This document shows, in pieces, positions 39,874 to 54,600 of a DNA stretch of 64,000 bases (the first letter of the stretch is position 1; the number at the start of each line of letters is the position of its first letter). A program made the position numbers and the translations under genes. The notes below the pieces were generated by a model, which did no database searches, was not told the origin of the DNA, and saw only the letters and a list, made by a program, of their open reading frames with translations. The stretch lies in assembly GCA_051313645.2 (NCBI GenBank), contig JBNRSN020000089.1:3100001-3164000 (forward strand), read 5' to 3'. The DNA is from Centroscyllium fabricii. Lineage: Eukaryota.

Positions 39874-42850
39874 CTCTAGACTGGGATGTCCCTACCCCTT
39901 CCCTTGCGGTCTGGAGACTGGGATGTTCCTACCCCTTCCCTTGCTCTCCATAGACTGGGATGTCCCTACCTCTTCCCTTGCCGTCTGGAGACTGGGATGT
40001 TTTTAAACCCATCCCTTGCTGTCCGAAGTCTGGTATGTCCCTACCCCAACCCTTGCTGTCCGGAGACTGGGATGTCCCTACCCCTTCCCTTGCTGTCCAG
40101 AGACTGGGATGTTCCTACACCTTCCCTTGCTGTCAGTAGACTGGGATGTCCCTACCTCATCCCTTTCTGTCTGGAGACGGGGTAGTTCCTATCTCTTCCC
40201 TTGCTCTCTCTAGACTGGGATGTTCCTACCCCATCCCTTGCTGTCCGGAGTCTGGGATGAACCTACCCCATCCCTTGCTGTTTGGAGACTGGGATGTCCC
40301 TAACCCTACCCTTGCTGTCTGGAGACTGGGATGTTCCTTCACCTTCCCTTGCTGTCTCTAGACTGGGATGTTCCTACCCCATCACTTGCTGTCCAGAGAC
40401 AGGGATGTTCCTAACTCTTACCTTGCTGTCTGGAGACTGGGATGTTCCTAACCCATCCCTTGCTGTCTGGAGACTGGGAAGTTCCTACCCCATCACTTGC
40501 TGTCTGGAGACTGGGATGCTCTTACCCCATCCCTTGCTGTCTCTAGACAGGGATGTTCCTACCCCATCCCTTGCTATCTCTAGACTGGGATGTTCCTACA
40601 CCATCCGTTGCTGTCCGGAGACTTGGATGTCCCTACCCCATCTCTTGCTGTCTCTAGACTGGAATGTTCCTACCCAATCCCTTGCTGTCCGGAGACTGGG
40701 ATGTCCCTACCCCTTCCCTTGCTGTCTGGAGACTGGTATGTCCCTACCTCTTCCATTGCTGTACAGAGTCTAGGATGTCCCTTCCCCATTCCTTGCTGTC
40801 CAGAGACTGGGATGTTTCTACCCCTTCCCTTGCTGTCTGGAGACTGGGATGTCCCTACCACTTCCCTTGCTGTCTCTAGACTGGGATGTCCCCACCCCTT
40901 CCCTTGCTGTCTGGAGACTGGGATGTTCCTACCTCATCGTTTTCTGTCTTTAGACTGGGATGTCCCTACCCCTTCCTTTGCTGTCTGGAGACTGGGATGT
41001 TCCTTCCTCATCCTTTGCTGTCTCTAGACTGAGATGTTCCTACCCCTTTCCTTGCTGTCCGGTGACTGGGATGTCTCTACCCCTTCCCTTGCTGTCCGGA
41101 GACTGGGATGTTTCTACCCCTTCCCTTGCTGTCTGGAGACTGGGATGTGCCTAACTCTTCCATTGCTGTCTGGAGACTGGGATGTTCCTACCACATCCCA
41201 TGCTGTCGGGAGACTGGGATGTCCCTAACCCTTCCCTTGCTGTCTGGAGACTGGGATGTACCTACCTATTCCCTTGCTGTCTGTAGACTGGGATGATCCT
41301 TCCCCTTCCCTTGCTGTCTGTAGACAGGGATGTCCCTGCCCCATCCCTTGCTGCCTCTAGACTGGGATGTCCCTACCCCTTCCCTTGCGGTCTGGAGACT
41401 GGGATGTTCCTACCCCTTCCCTTGCTCTCCATAGACTGAAATGTCCCTACCTCTTCCCTTGCTGTCTTGAGACTGGGATGTTCCTAAACCCATCCCTTGC
41501 TGTCCGAAGACTGGTATGTCCCTACCCCAACCCTTGCTGTCCGGAGACTGGGATGTCCCTACCCCTTCCCTTGCTGTCCAGAGACTGGGATGTTCCTACA
41601 CCTTCCCTTGCTGTCAGTAGACTGGGATGTCCCTACCTCATCCCTTTCTGTCTGGAGACGGGGTAGTTCCTATCTCTTCCCTTGCTCTCTCTAGACTGGG
41701 ATGTTCCTACCCCATCCCTTGCTGTCCGGAGTCTGGGATGAACCTACCCCATCCCTTGCTGTCTGGAGACTGGGATGTCCCTAACCCTTCCCTTGCTGTC
41801 TGGAGACTGGGATGTTCCTTCACCTTCCCTTGCTGTCTCTAGACTGGGATGTTCCTACCCCATCCCTTGCTGTCCAGAGACAGGGATGTTCCTAACTCTT
41901 ACCTTGCTGTCTGGAGACTGGGATGTTCCTAACCCATCCCTTGCTGTCTGGAGACTGGGAAGTTCCTACCCCATCACTTGCTGTCTGGAGACTGGGATGC
42001 TCCTACCCCATCCCTTGCTGTCTCTAGACAGGGATGTTCCTACCCCATCCCTTGCTATCTCTAGACTGGGATGTTCCTACACCATCCGTTGCTGTCCGGA
42101 GACTGGGATGTCCCTACCCCATCTCTTGCTGTCTCTAGACTGGGATGTTCCTACCCAATCCCTTGCTGTCCGGAGACTGGGATGTCCCTACCCCTTCCCT
42201 TGCTGTCTGGAGACTGGTATGTCCCTACCTCTTCCATTGCTGTACAGAGTCTAGGATGTCCCTTCCCCATTCCTTGCTGTCCAGAGACTGGGATGTTTCT
42301 ACCCCTTCCCTTGCTGTCTGGAGACTGGGATGTCCCTACCACTTCCCTTGCTGTCTCTAGACTGGGATGTCCCCACCCCATCCCTTGCTGTCTGGAGACT
42401 GGGATGTTCCTACCTCATCGTTTTCTGTCTTTAGACTGGGATGTCCCTACCCCTTCCTTTGCTGTCTGGAGACTGGGATGTTCCTTCCTCATCCTTTGCT
42501 GTCTCTAGACTGAGATGTTCCTACCCTTTTCCTTGCTGTCCGGAGACTGGGATGTCTCTACCCCTTCCCTTGCTGTCTGGAGACTGGGATGTTTCTACCC
42601 CTTCCCTTGCTGTCTGGAGACTGGGATGTGCCTAACTCTTCCATTGCTGTCTGGAGACTGGGATGTTCCTACCACATCCCATGCTGTCGGTAGACTGGGA
42701 TGTACCTACCCCTTCCCTTGCTGTCTGGAGACTGGGATGTACCTACCTATTCCCTTGCTGTCTGTAGACTGGGATGATCCTTCCCCTTCCCTTGCTGTCT
42801 GTAGACAGGGATGTCCCTGCCCCATCCCTTGCTGCCTCTAGACTGGGATG
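39874..42850 (+). repeat. Tandem 1481-bp (40-monomer +1 bp) duplication nested in a ~2073-bp older repeat (related copy ~42800-44300)
   Basis: ORFs 39886/41367, 40146/41627 and 40590/42071 are offset 1481. A 38-bp TAAACCC monomer occurs at ~40004, ~41485 and ~43558. ORFs 39257/42811 are offset 3554 (=1481+2073). Confidence 0.85.
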
Positions 42851-45800
42851 TACCTACCCTTTCCCTTGCTGTCTGGAGACTGGGCTGTCCCTACCCCATC
42901 CCTTGCTGTCCGGAGAGTGGGATGTTCCTACTCCATCACTTGCTGTCCGAAGACAGGGATGTCCCTACCCCATCCCTTGCTGTCTCTAGACTGGAAAGTT
43001 CCTACCCTTTCCCTTGCTGTCTGGAGACTGGGATGTCCCTACCCCATCCCTTCCCGTCTGGAGACTGGGATGTTCCTACCCCATCACTTGCTGTCCGGAG
43101 ACTGAGATGTCCCTACCCCTTCCCTTGCTGTCCAGAGTCTGGACTGTTCCCACCTCTTCCATTGCTGTCTGGAGACTGGGATGTTCCTATCCCATCCCTT
43201 GCAGTCCGGAGACTGGGATGTCCCTACCGCTTCCTTTCCTATCTGGAGACTGGTATGTTCCTACCCCATCCCTTGCTGTCCAGAGACTGGGATGTTCCTA
43301 ACACATCCCTTGCTGTCTGGAGACTGGGATGTCCCTACCCCATCCCTTGCAGTCTCTAGACTGGGATGTCCCGACCCCTTCCCTTGCTGCCTGGAGATTG
43401 GGAAGTTCCTAACCCATCACTTGCTGTCTCTAGACTGGGATGTCCCTACCCCTTCCCTTGCGGTCTGGAGACTGGGATGTTCCTACCGCTTCCCTTGCTG
43501 TCCATAGACTGGAATGTCCCTAACTCTTCCCTTGCTGTCTGGAGACTGGGATGTTCCTAAACCCATCCCTTGCTGTCCGAAGACTGGTATGTCCCTACCC
43601 CAACCCTTGCTGTCCGGAGACTGTGATGTCCCTACCCCTTCCATTGCTGTCCAGAGACTGGGATGTTCCTACCCCTTCCCTTGCTGTCCGTAGACTGGGA
43701 TGTCCCTACCTCTTCACTTTCTGACTGGAGACGGGGATGTTCCTATCTCTTCCCTTGCTCTCTTTAGACTGGGATGTTCCTACCCCTTCCCTTGCTGTCT
43801 GGAGACTAGGATGTTCCTACACCTTCGCTTGCTGTCTCTAGACTGCGATGTTCCTACCCCATCCCTTGCTGTCCAGAGACAGGGATTTTCCTAACTCTTC
43901 CCTTGCTGTCTGGAGACTGGGATTTTCCTAACCCATCCCTTGCTGTCTGGAGACTGGGAAGTTCCTACCCCATCACTTGCTGTCTGGAGACTGGGATGCT
44001 CCTACCCCATCCCTTGCTGTCTCTAGACAGGGATGTTCCTGCCCCATCCCTTGCTATCTCTAGACTGGGATGTTCCTACACCATCCGTTGCTGTCCGGAG
44101 ACTGGCATGTCCCTACCCCATCTCTTGCTGTCTCTAGACTGGGATGTTCCTACCCAATCCCTTGCTGTCCGGAGACTGGGTTGACCCTACCCCTTCCCTT
44201 GCTGTCTGGAGACTGGTATGTCCCTACCTCTTCCATTGCTGTACAGATTCTGGGATGTCCCTAACCCATTCCTTGCTGTCCAGAGACTGGGATGTTTCTA
44301 CCCCTTCCCTTGCTGTCTGGAGACAGGGATTTCCCTACCACATCCCCTGCTGTCTCTTGACTGGGGTGTCCCCACCCCATCACTTGCTGTCTCTAGACTG
44401 GAATGTTCCTACCCCTTCCCTTGCTGTCTGGAGACTGGGATTTCCCTACCACTTCCCTTGCTGTCTCTAGACTGGGGTGTCCCCACCCAATCCCTTGCTG
44501 TCTGGAGACTGGGATGTTCCTACCTCATCGTTTTCTGTCTCTAGACTGGGATGCCCCTACCCCTTCCTTTGCTGTCTGGAGACTGGGATGTTCCTTCCAC
44601 TTGACTTGCTGTCTCTAGACTGGGATGTTCCTACCCCTTTCCTAGCTGTCCGGAGACTGGGATGTCTCTACCCCTTCCCTTGCTGTCTGGAGTCTGGGAT
44701 GTTCCTACCCCTAAAAATTGCTGTCTGGAGACTGGGATGTCAGTACCCCTTCCCTTGCTGTCCAGAGACTGGGATGTTCCTACCTCTTCCCTTGGGGTCT
44801 GGAGACTGGGATGTTCCTACCTCTTCCCTTGCTGTCTCTAGACTGTGATGTCCCTACCCCTTCCCTTGTTGCCCAGAGACTGGGATGTTCCTACCTCTTC
44901 CGTTGCTGTCTGGAGACTGGGATGTTCCTACCCCTTCCCTTGCTGTCTCTAGACTGGGATGTTCCTACCCATTCCATTGCTGTCTCTAGACTGGGATGAC
45001 CCTACCCCGTCCCTTGCAGTCTCTAGACTGGGATGTTCCTATCCCTTCCCTTGCTGTCTGGTGACTGGGATGTTCCTACCCCATCTCTTGCTGTCTCTAG
45101 ACTGGGAAGTCCCTACCTCTTCCCTTGCTGTCCGGAAACTGGGATGTCCCTTCCCCATCCCTTGCTGTCTCTAGACTGGAATGTCACTACCTCTTCTCAT
45201 GCTGTCTGGAGACTGGAATGTCCCTACCCTTCCCTATCTGTCTGGGGACTGGGATGTTCCTACCCCATCCCTTGCTGTACAGAGACTGGGATGTTCCTAC
45301 CCCTTCCCTTGCTCTCTGGCGACTGGGATGTCCCTACCTCTTCACTTGCTGTCTGGTACTGGGATGTTCCTACCTCTTCCCTTGCTCTCTCTAGACTGGG
45401 ATGTTCCTACCCCATCCCTTGCTGTCCGGAGACTTGGATGTCCCTACCCCATCCCATGCTGGCTGGAGACTGGGAAGTTCCTACCCCATTCCTTGCTATC
45501 TCTAGACTGGGATGTCCCTACCCCTTCCCTTGCTGTCCGGAGACTGGGATGTTCCTACCTCATCTCTTGCTGTCCATTCACTGGGATGTTCCTACATCTA
45601 CCCTTGCTGTCTGGAGACTGGGATGTTCCTAACCCATCCCTTGCTGTCTGGAGACTTGGATGTCCCTACCCCATCACTTGCTGTCTGGAGAATGCAATGT
45701 TCCTACCCCATCCCTTGCTGTCCGGCGACTGGGATGTCCCTACCCCTTCACATGCTGCCTCTAAACTAGTATGTTCCTACACCATCCCTTGCTGTCTGGA

Positions 45801-48664
45801 GACTGGGATGTTCCTACCCCATCCCTTGCTGTCTCTAGACTGTGTTGTCCCTACCGCATCCCTTGCTGTCCGGAGACTGGGATGTCCCTACCCCTTCCCT
45901 TGCTGTCTGGAGACTGGGATGTTCCTAACCCATCCCTTGCTGTCTGGAGACTGGGATGTCCCTACCCCTTCCCTTGCTGTCCAGAGACTGGCATGTTCCT
46001 ACCTCTTCCCTTGCTGTCTGGAGACTGGGATGTTCCTAATCCATCCCTTGCTGTCTCTAGACTGGGAAGTCCCTACATTTTCACTTGCTGTCCGGAGACT
46101 GGTATGTCCCTACCCCATCCCTTGCTGTCTCTAGACTGTGATGTCACTAGCTATTCCCTTGCTGTCTGGAGACTGGAATGTCCCTACCCTTCCCTTTCTG
46201 TCTGGGGTCAGGGATGTTCCGAACCCACCCTTGCTGTTAAGAGACTGGGATGTTCCTACCTCATCCCTTGCTGTCTCTAGACTGGGATGTCCCTACCCCT
46301 TCCCTTGCTGTCCGGAGACTGGGATGTCCCTAACCCTTCCCTTGCTGTCTGGAGACTGGGATGTTCCTAACCCATCCCTTGCTGTCTGGAGACTGGGATG
46401 TACCTACCCCTTCCCTTGCTGTCCAGAGACTGGCATGTTCCTACCTCTTCCCTTGCTGTCTGGAGACTGGGATGATCCTACCCCATCCCTTGCTGTCCGG
46501 AGACTGGGATATCCCTACCACTTCCCTTGCTGTCTGGAGACTGGGATGTTCCTACCCCATCTCTTGCTATCTCTAGAGTGCGATGGTCCTAACCCTTCCC
46601 TTGCTGTCTGGAAACTGGGATGTCCCTACCTCTTCCCTTGCTGTCTCTAGACTGGGATGTCCCTACCCCATCCGTTGCTGTCTCTAGACTGGGATGTTCC
46701 TACACCTTCACTTCCTGTCTCTAGACTGGGATGTTCATTTCCCTTCCCTTGCTGTCTCTAGACTGGGATGTCCCTAGCCCATCCCTTGCTTTTTCTAGAC
46801 TGGGATGTTCCTACCCCTTCCTTTGCTGTCTGGAGACTGGGATGTTCCTATCCCATCTCTTGCTGTCTCTAGACTGGGAAGTCCCTACCTCTTCCCTTGC
46901 TGTCCGGAGAGTGGGATGTCCCTACCCCATCCCTTGCTGTCTCTAGACTGGGATGCCCCTACCTTTTCGCTTGCTGTCTGGAGACTAGAATGTCCCTACC
47001 CCTTCCCTTTCTGTCTGGAGGCTGGGATGTTCCTACCGCATACCTTGCTGTCCAGAGACTGGGATGTTCCTACCCATTCCCTTGCTGTCTGGAGACTGGG
47101 ATGTCCCTACCTCTTCCCTTGCTGTCTGGAGACTGGGATGTTCCTACCTCTTCCCTTGCTGTCTCTAGACTGGGATGTTCCTACCCCATCACTTGCTGTC
47201 CGGAGACTGGGATGTCCCTACCCCATCCCTTGCTGTCTGGAGCCTGGGTTGTTCCTACCCCATCCCTTGCTGTCTCTAGACTGGGATGTCCCTACCCCTT
47301 CACTTGCTGTCCGGAGACTGGAATGTTCCTACCCCATCCCTTGCTGTCCGGAGACAGGGATGTTCCTACCTCTACCCTTGCTGTCTGGAGACTGGGATGT
47401 TCCTGTCTCTTCCCTTGCTGTCTGGAGACTGGGATGTCCCTACCCCATCCCTTGCTGTCTCTAGACTGCGATGTTCCTACCCCTTCCCTTGGTGTCTGGA
47501 GACTGGGATGTTCATACCCCATACCTTGCTGTCTGGAGACTGGGATGTCCCTTCCCATCCCTTACTGTCCAGTGACTGGGATGTTCCTACCCCTTCGCTT
47601 GCAGTCTGGAGACTGGGATGACCCTACCTTTCCCTTGCTGTCTGGAGACTGGGATGTACCTACCCCATCCCTTGCTGTCGGGAGTCTGGGATGTCCCTAC
47701 CCCTTCCCTTGCTGTCCAGAGACTGGAATGTTCCTACCTCTTCCCTTGCTGTCTGTAGACTTGGATGTTCCTACCCCTTCCCTTGCTGTCTGGAGACTGT
47801 GATGTCCGTACCCCATCCCTTGCTGTATCTAGACTGGGATGTTCCTACCCCTTCCCTTGCTGTCTGGAGACTGGGATATACCTACCCCATCCCTTGCTGT
47901 CCAGAGACTGGGATGTTACTGCCCCTTCCCTTGCTGTCTCTAGACTGAGATGTTCCTACCCCATTCCTTGCTGTCTCTAGACTGGGATGCCCCTACCCCT
48001 TCCCTTGCTGTCTGGAAACTGGGATGTCCCTACCTCTTCCCTTGCTGTCTCTAGACTGGGATGTCCCTACCCCAACCGTTGCTGTCTCTAGACAGGGATT
48101 TTCCTACCCCTTCACTTCCTGTCTCTAGACTGGGATGTTCATAACCCTTCCCTTGCTGTCACTAGACTGGGATGTCCCTAGCCCATCCCTTGCTGTTTCT
48201 AAACTGGGGTGTTCCTACCCCTTCCCTTGCTGTCTGGAGACTGTGATGTTCCTACCCCATCTCTTGCTGTCTCTAGACTGGGAAGTCCCTACCTCTTCCC
48301 TTGCTGACCCGAGAGTGGGTTGTCCCTTCCCCATCCCTTGCTGTCTGGAGACCGAGATGTCCCTAACTCTTCCCTTGCTGTCTGGAGACTGGGATGTTCC
48401 TACCTCTTCCCTTGCTCTCTCTAGACTGGGATGTTCCTACCCCAAAACTAGCTGTCCGGAGACTGGGATGTCCCTACCCCATCCCTTGCTGTCTGGAGCC
48501 TGGAATGTTCCTACCCCATCCCTTGCTGTCTCTAGACTGGGATGTCCCTACCCCTTCACTTGCTGTCCGGAGACTGGGATGTTCCTACCCCATCCCTTGC
48601 TGTCCGGAGACTGGGATGTTCCTAACTCTACCCTTGCTGTCTGGAGACTGGGATGTTCCTGTCT

Positions 48665-51600
48665 CTTCCCTTGCTGTCTGGGGTCTGGGATGTCCCTACC
48701 CCATCCCTTGCTGTCTCTAGACTGCGATGTTCCTACCCCTTCCCTTGCTGTCTGGAGACTAGGATGTTCCTACCCCATACCTTGCTGTCTGGAGACTGGG
48801 ATGTCCCTTCCCCATCCCTTGCTGTCCAGAGACTGGGATGTTCCTACCCCTTCGCTTGCTGTCTGTAACCTGGGATGATCCTACCTCTTCCCTTGCTGTC
48901 TGGAGACTGGGATGTACCTAACCCATCCCTTGCTGTCCGGAGACTGAGATGTCCCTACCCCTTCACTTGCTGTCCAGAGACAGGAATGTTCCTACCTCTT
49001 CCCTTGCTCTCTGTAGACTTGGATGTTCCTTCCCCTTCCCTTGCTGTCTGGAGACTGGGATTTCCTACCACATCCCTTGCTGTCTCTATACTGGGATGTT
49101 CCTACACCTTCCCTTGCTGTCTGGATACTGGGATATCCCTACCCCATTCCTTGCTGGGATGTTACTACCCCTTCGCTCGCTGTCTCTAGACTGAAATGTT
49201 CCTACCGCTTTCATTGCTGTCTGGAGGCTGGGATGTCCATACCCCATCCCTTGCTGTCCAGAGACTGGGATGTTACTACCCCTTCCCTCGCTGTCTCTAG
49301 ACTGTGATGTTCCTACCGCTTTCCTTGCTGTCTGGAGACTGGGATGTCCCTACACCATCCCTTGCTGTCCAGAGACTGGGATGTTCCTACCCCATCACTT
49401 GCTGTCCGGAGACTGGGATGTCCCTATCCCATCCCTTGCTGTCTATAGACTGGAATGTACCTACCCCTTCCCGTGCTGTCTGGAGACTGGGATGTCCCTA
49501 CCGCAACCCTTCCCGTCTGGAGACTGGGATGTTCCTATCCCATTCCTTGCTGTCTGGAGACTGCGATGAACCTACCCCTTCCCTTGCTGTCCAGAGTCTG
49601 GAATGTTCCTACCTCTTCCCTTGCTGTCTTGAGTCTGGAATGTAACTAAACCAATCCCTTGCTGTCCGGAGACTGGGATGTCCCTAACCCTTCCCTTGCT
49701 GTCTGGAGACTGGGATGTTCCTACCGCATCACTTGCTGTCTCTATACTGGGATGCTCCTACACCTGCCCTTGATGTCTGGAGACTGGGATGTCCCTACCT
49801 CTTCCCTTGCTGTCTCTAGACTGGGATGTCCATACCCCATCCCTTGCTGTATCCAGACTGGGATGTTCCTATCACTTCCCATGCTGTCTCTAGACTGGGA
49901 AGTTCCTACCCCTTCCCTTGCAGCTTCTAGACTGGGATATACTAACCCATCCCTTGCTGTCTTGAGACTTGGATGTTCCTACCCCTCCCCTTGCTGTCCG
50001 GTGACTGGGATGTTCCTACCCCATCTCTTGCTGTCTCTAGACTGCGAAGTCCCTAACTCTTCCCTTGCTGTCCGGAGACTGGGATGTCCCTAACCCATCC
50101 CTTGCTGTCTCTAGACTGGGATGGCACTACCTCTTCCCTTGCTGTCTGGAGACTGGAATGTCCCTACCCTTCCCTTGCTCCCCAGAGACTGGGATGTTCC
50201 TACCCCTTCCCTTGCTGTCTGGAGACTGGGATGTCCCTACCTCTTCCCTTGCTGTCTTGTACTGGGATGTTCCTACCTCTTCCCTTGCTGTCTCTAGACT
50301 GGGATGTTCCTACCCCATCCCTTGCAGTCCTTAGACTTGGATGTCCCTACCCCATCCCTTGCTGGCTGGAGACTGGGAAGTTCCTACCCCATCCCTTGCT
50401 GTCTCTAGACTGAGATGTCCCTAAACATTCCCTTGCTGTCCGTAGACTGGGATGTTTCAACCCCATCCCTTGCTGTCCATAGACTGGGATGTTCCTACCT
50501 CTACCCTTGCTGTCTGGAGACTGGGATGTTCCTATTTCTTCCCGTGCTGTCTGGAGACTGGGATGTCCCTATCCCATCCCTTGCTGTCTCTAGACTGGGA
50601 TGTTCCTACCCATTACCTTGCTGTCTGGAGACTGGGATGTTCTTACCCCATCCTTTGCTGTCTGGAGACTGGGATGTCACTTTCCCATCACTTGCTGTCC
50701 AGAGACTGGGATGTTCCTACCCCTTCGATTTCTGTCTGGAGACTGGGATGTCCCTACCTCTTCCCTTGCTGTCTGGAGTCTGGGATGTTCCTACCCCATC
50801 CCTTGATGTCCGGTGACTGGGATGTCCCTACCCCATCTCTTGCTGTCTGGATACTGGGATGTTCCTACCTCTTCCCTTGCTGTCTGTAGACTGGGATGTT
50901 CCCACCCCTTCCCTTGCTGTCTGGAGACTGGGATGTCCCTACCCCATCCATTGCTGTCTCTAGACTGGGATGTCCCTACCCCTTCCCTTGCTGTCTAGAG
51001 AATGGGATATCCCTACCCCATCCCTTGCTGTCCAGAGACAGGGATGTTACTACCCCTTCCCCTGCTGTCTCTAGACTGGGATGTTCCTACACCATCCCTT
51101 GCTGTATGGAGACTTGGATATCCCTACCCCATCCCTTGCTGTCCAGAGACAGGCATGTTACTACCCCTTCCCATGCTGTCTCTAGACTGGGATGTTCCTA
51201 CCCCAGCACTTGCTGACCGGAGACCGGGATGTCCCTACCCCATCCCTTGCTGTCTCTAGTCTGGAATGTTCCTACCCGTTCCCTTGCTGTCTGGAGACTG
51301 GGATGTCCCTACACAATCCCTTCCCGTCTGGAGACTGGGATGTTCCTACCCCATCATTTGCTGTCCGGAGACTGAGATGTCCCTACCCCTTCCCTTGCTG
51401 TCCAGAGACTGGAATGTTCCCACCTCTTCCCTTGCAGCCTGGAGACTGGGATGTTCCTACCCCATCCCTTGCTGTCCGGAGACTGGGATGTCCCTACCGC
51501 TTCCCTTGCTATCTGGAGACTGGGATGTTCCTACCCCATCCCTTGCTGTCCAGAGACTGGAATGTTCCTAACCCACTCCTTGCTGTGTGGAGACTGGGAG

Positions 51601-54600
51601 GTGCCTACCCTATCCCTTGCAGTCTCTAGACTGGGATGTCCCTACCACTTCCCTTGCTGTCTGGAGATTGGGATGTCCATACCACATCCCTTGCTGTCTC
51701 TAATCGGGGATGCTCCTACCCCTTCCCTTGCTGTCTGGGGTCTGGGATGTCCCTACCCCATCCCTTGCTGTCTCTAGACTGCGATGTTCCTACCCCTTCC
51801 CTTGCTGTCTGGAGACTAGGATGTTCCTACCCCATACCTTGCTGTCTGGAGACTGGGATGTCCCTTCCCCATCCCTTGCTGTCCAGAGACTGGGATGTTC
51901 CTACCCCTTCGCTTGCTGTCTGTAACCTGGGATGATCCTACCTCTTCCCTTGCTGTCTGGAGACTGGGATGTACCTAACCCATCCCTTGCTGTCCGGAGA
52001 CTGAGATGTCCCTACCCCTTCACTTGCTGTCCAGAGACAGGAATGTTCCTACCTCTTCCCTTGCTCTCTGTAGACTTGGATGTTCCTTCCCCTTCCCTTG
52101 CTGTCTGGAGACTGGGATTTCCTACCCCATCCCTTGCTGTCTCTATACTGGGATGTTCCTACACCTTCCCTTGCTGTCTGGATACTGGGATATCCCTACC
52201 CCATCCCTTGCTGGGATGTTACTACCCCTTCGCTCGCTGTCTCTAGACTGAAATGTTCCTACCGCTTTCATTGCTGCTGGAGGCTGGGATGTCCATACCC
52301 CATCCCTTGCTGTCCAGAGACTGGGATGTTACTACCCCTTCCCTCGCTGTCTCTAGACTGTGATGTTCCTACCGCTTTCCTTGCTGTCTGGAGACTGGGA
52401 TGTCCCTACACCATCCCTTGCTGTCCAGAGACTGGGATGTTCCTACCCCATCACTTGCTGTCCGGAGACTGGGATGTCCCTATCCCATCCCTTGCTGTCT
52501 ATAGACTGGAATGTACCTACCCCTTCCCGTGCTGTCTGGAGACTGGGATGTCCCTACCGCAACCCTTCCCGTCTGGAGACTGGGATGTTCCTATCCCATT
52601 CCTTGCTGTCTGGAGACTGCGATGAACCTACCCCTTCCCTTGCTGTCCAGAGTCTGGAATGTTCCTACCTCTTCCCTTGCTGTCTTGAGTCTGGAATGTA
52701 ACTAAACCAATCCCTTGCTGTCCGGAGACTGGGATGTCCCTAACCCTTCACTTGCTGTCTGGAGACTGGGATGTTCCTACCGCATCTCTTGCTGTCTCTA
52801 TACTGGGATGCTCCTACACCTGCCCTTGATGTCTGGAGACTGGGATGTCCCTACCTCTTCCCTTGCTGTCTCTAGACTGGGATGTCCATACCCCATCCCT
52901 TGCTGTATCCAGACTGGGATGTTCCTATCACTTCCCATGCTGTCTCTAGACTGGGAAGTTCCTACCCCTTCCCTTGCAGCTTCTAGACTGGGATATACTA
53001 ACCCATCCCTTGCTGTCTTGAGACTTGGATGTTCCTACCCCTCCCCTTGCTGTCCGGTGACTGGGATGTTCCTACCCCATCTCTTGCTGTCTCTAGACTG
53101 CGAAGTCCCTAACTCTTCCCTTGCTGTCCGGAGACTGGGATGTCCCTAACCCATCCCTTGCTGTCTCTAGACTGGGATGGCACTACCTCTTCCCTTGCTG
53201 TCTGGAGACTGGAATGTCCCTACCCTTCCCTTGCTCCCCAGAGACTGGGATGTTCCTACCCCTTCCCTTGCTGTCTGGAGACTGGGATGTCCCTACCTTT
53301 TCCCTTGCTGTCTTGTACTGGGATGTTCCTACCTCTTCCCTTGCTGTCTCTAGACTGGGATGTTCCTACCCCATCCCTTGCTGTCCTTAGACTTGGATGT
53401 CCCTACCCCATCCCTTGCTGGCTGGAGACTGGGAAGTTCCTACCCCATCCCTTGCTGTCTCTAGACTGAGATGTCCCTAAACATTCCCTTGCTGTCCGTA
53501 GACTGGGATGTTTCAACCCCATCCCTTGCTGTCCATAGACTGGGATGTTCCTACCTCTACCCTTGCTGTCTGGAGACTGGGATGTTCCTATTTCTTCCCG
53601 TGCTGTCTGGAGACTGGGATGTCCCTATCCCATCCCTTGCTGTCTCTAGACTGGGATGTTCCTACCCATTACCTTGCTGTCTGGAGACTGGGATGTTCTT
53701 ACCCCATCCTTTGCTGTCTGGAGACTGGGATGTCACTTTCCCATCACTTGCTGTCCAGAGACTGGGATGTTCCTACCCCTTCGATTTCTGTCTGGAGACT
53801 GGGATGTCCCTACCTCTTCCCTTGCTGTCTGGAGTCTGGGATGTTCCTACCCCATCCCTTGATGTCCGGTGACTGGGATGTCCCTACCCCATCTCTTGCT
53901 GTCTGGATACTGGGATGTTCCTACCTCTTCCCTTGCTGTCTGTAGACTGGGATGTTCCCACCCCTTCCCTTGCTGTCTGGAGACTGGGATGTCCCTACCC
54001 CATCCATTGCTGTCTCTAGACTGGGATGTCCCTACCCCTTCCCTTGCTGTCTAGAGAATGGGATATCCCTACCCCATCCCTTGCTGTCCAGAGACAGGGA
54101 TGTTACTACCCCTTCCCCTGCTGTCTCTAGACTGGGATGTTCCTACACCATCCCTTGCTGTATGGAGACTTGGATATCCCTACCCCATCCCTTGCTGTCC
54201 AGAGACAGGCATGTTACTACCCCTTCCCATGCTGTCTCTAGACTGGGATGTTCCTACCCCAGCACTTGCTGACCGGAGACCGGGATGTCCCTACCCCATC
54301 CCTTGCTGTCTCTAGTCTGGAATGTTCCTACCCCTTCCCTTGCTGTCTGGAGACTGGGATGTCCCTACACAATCCCTTCCCGTCTGGAGACTGGGATGTT
54401 CCTACCCCATCATTTGCTGTCCGGAGACTGAGATGTCCCTACCCCTTCCCTTGCTGTCCAGAGACTGGAATGTTCCCACCTCTTCCCTTGCAGCCTGGAG
54501 ACTGGGATGTTCCTACCCCATCCCTTGCTGTCCGGAGACTGGGATGTCCCTACCGCTTCCCTTGCTATCTGGAGACTGGGATGTTCCTACCCCATCCCTT

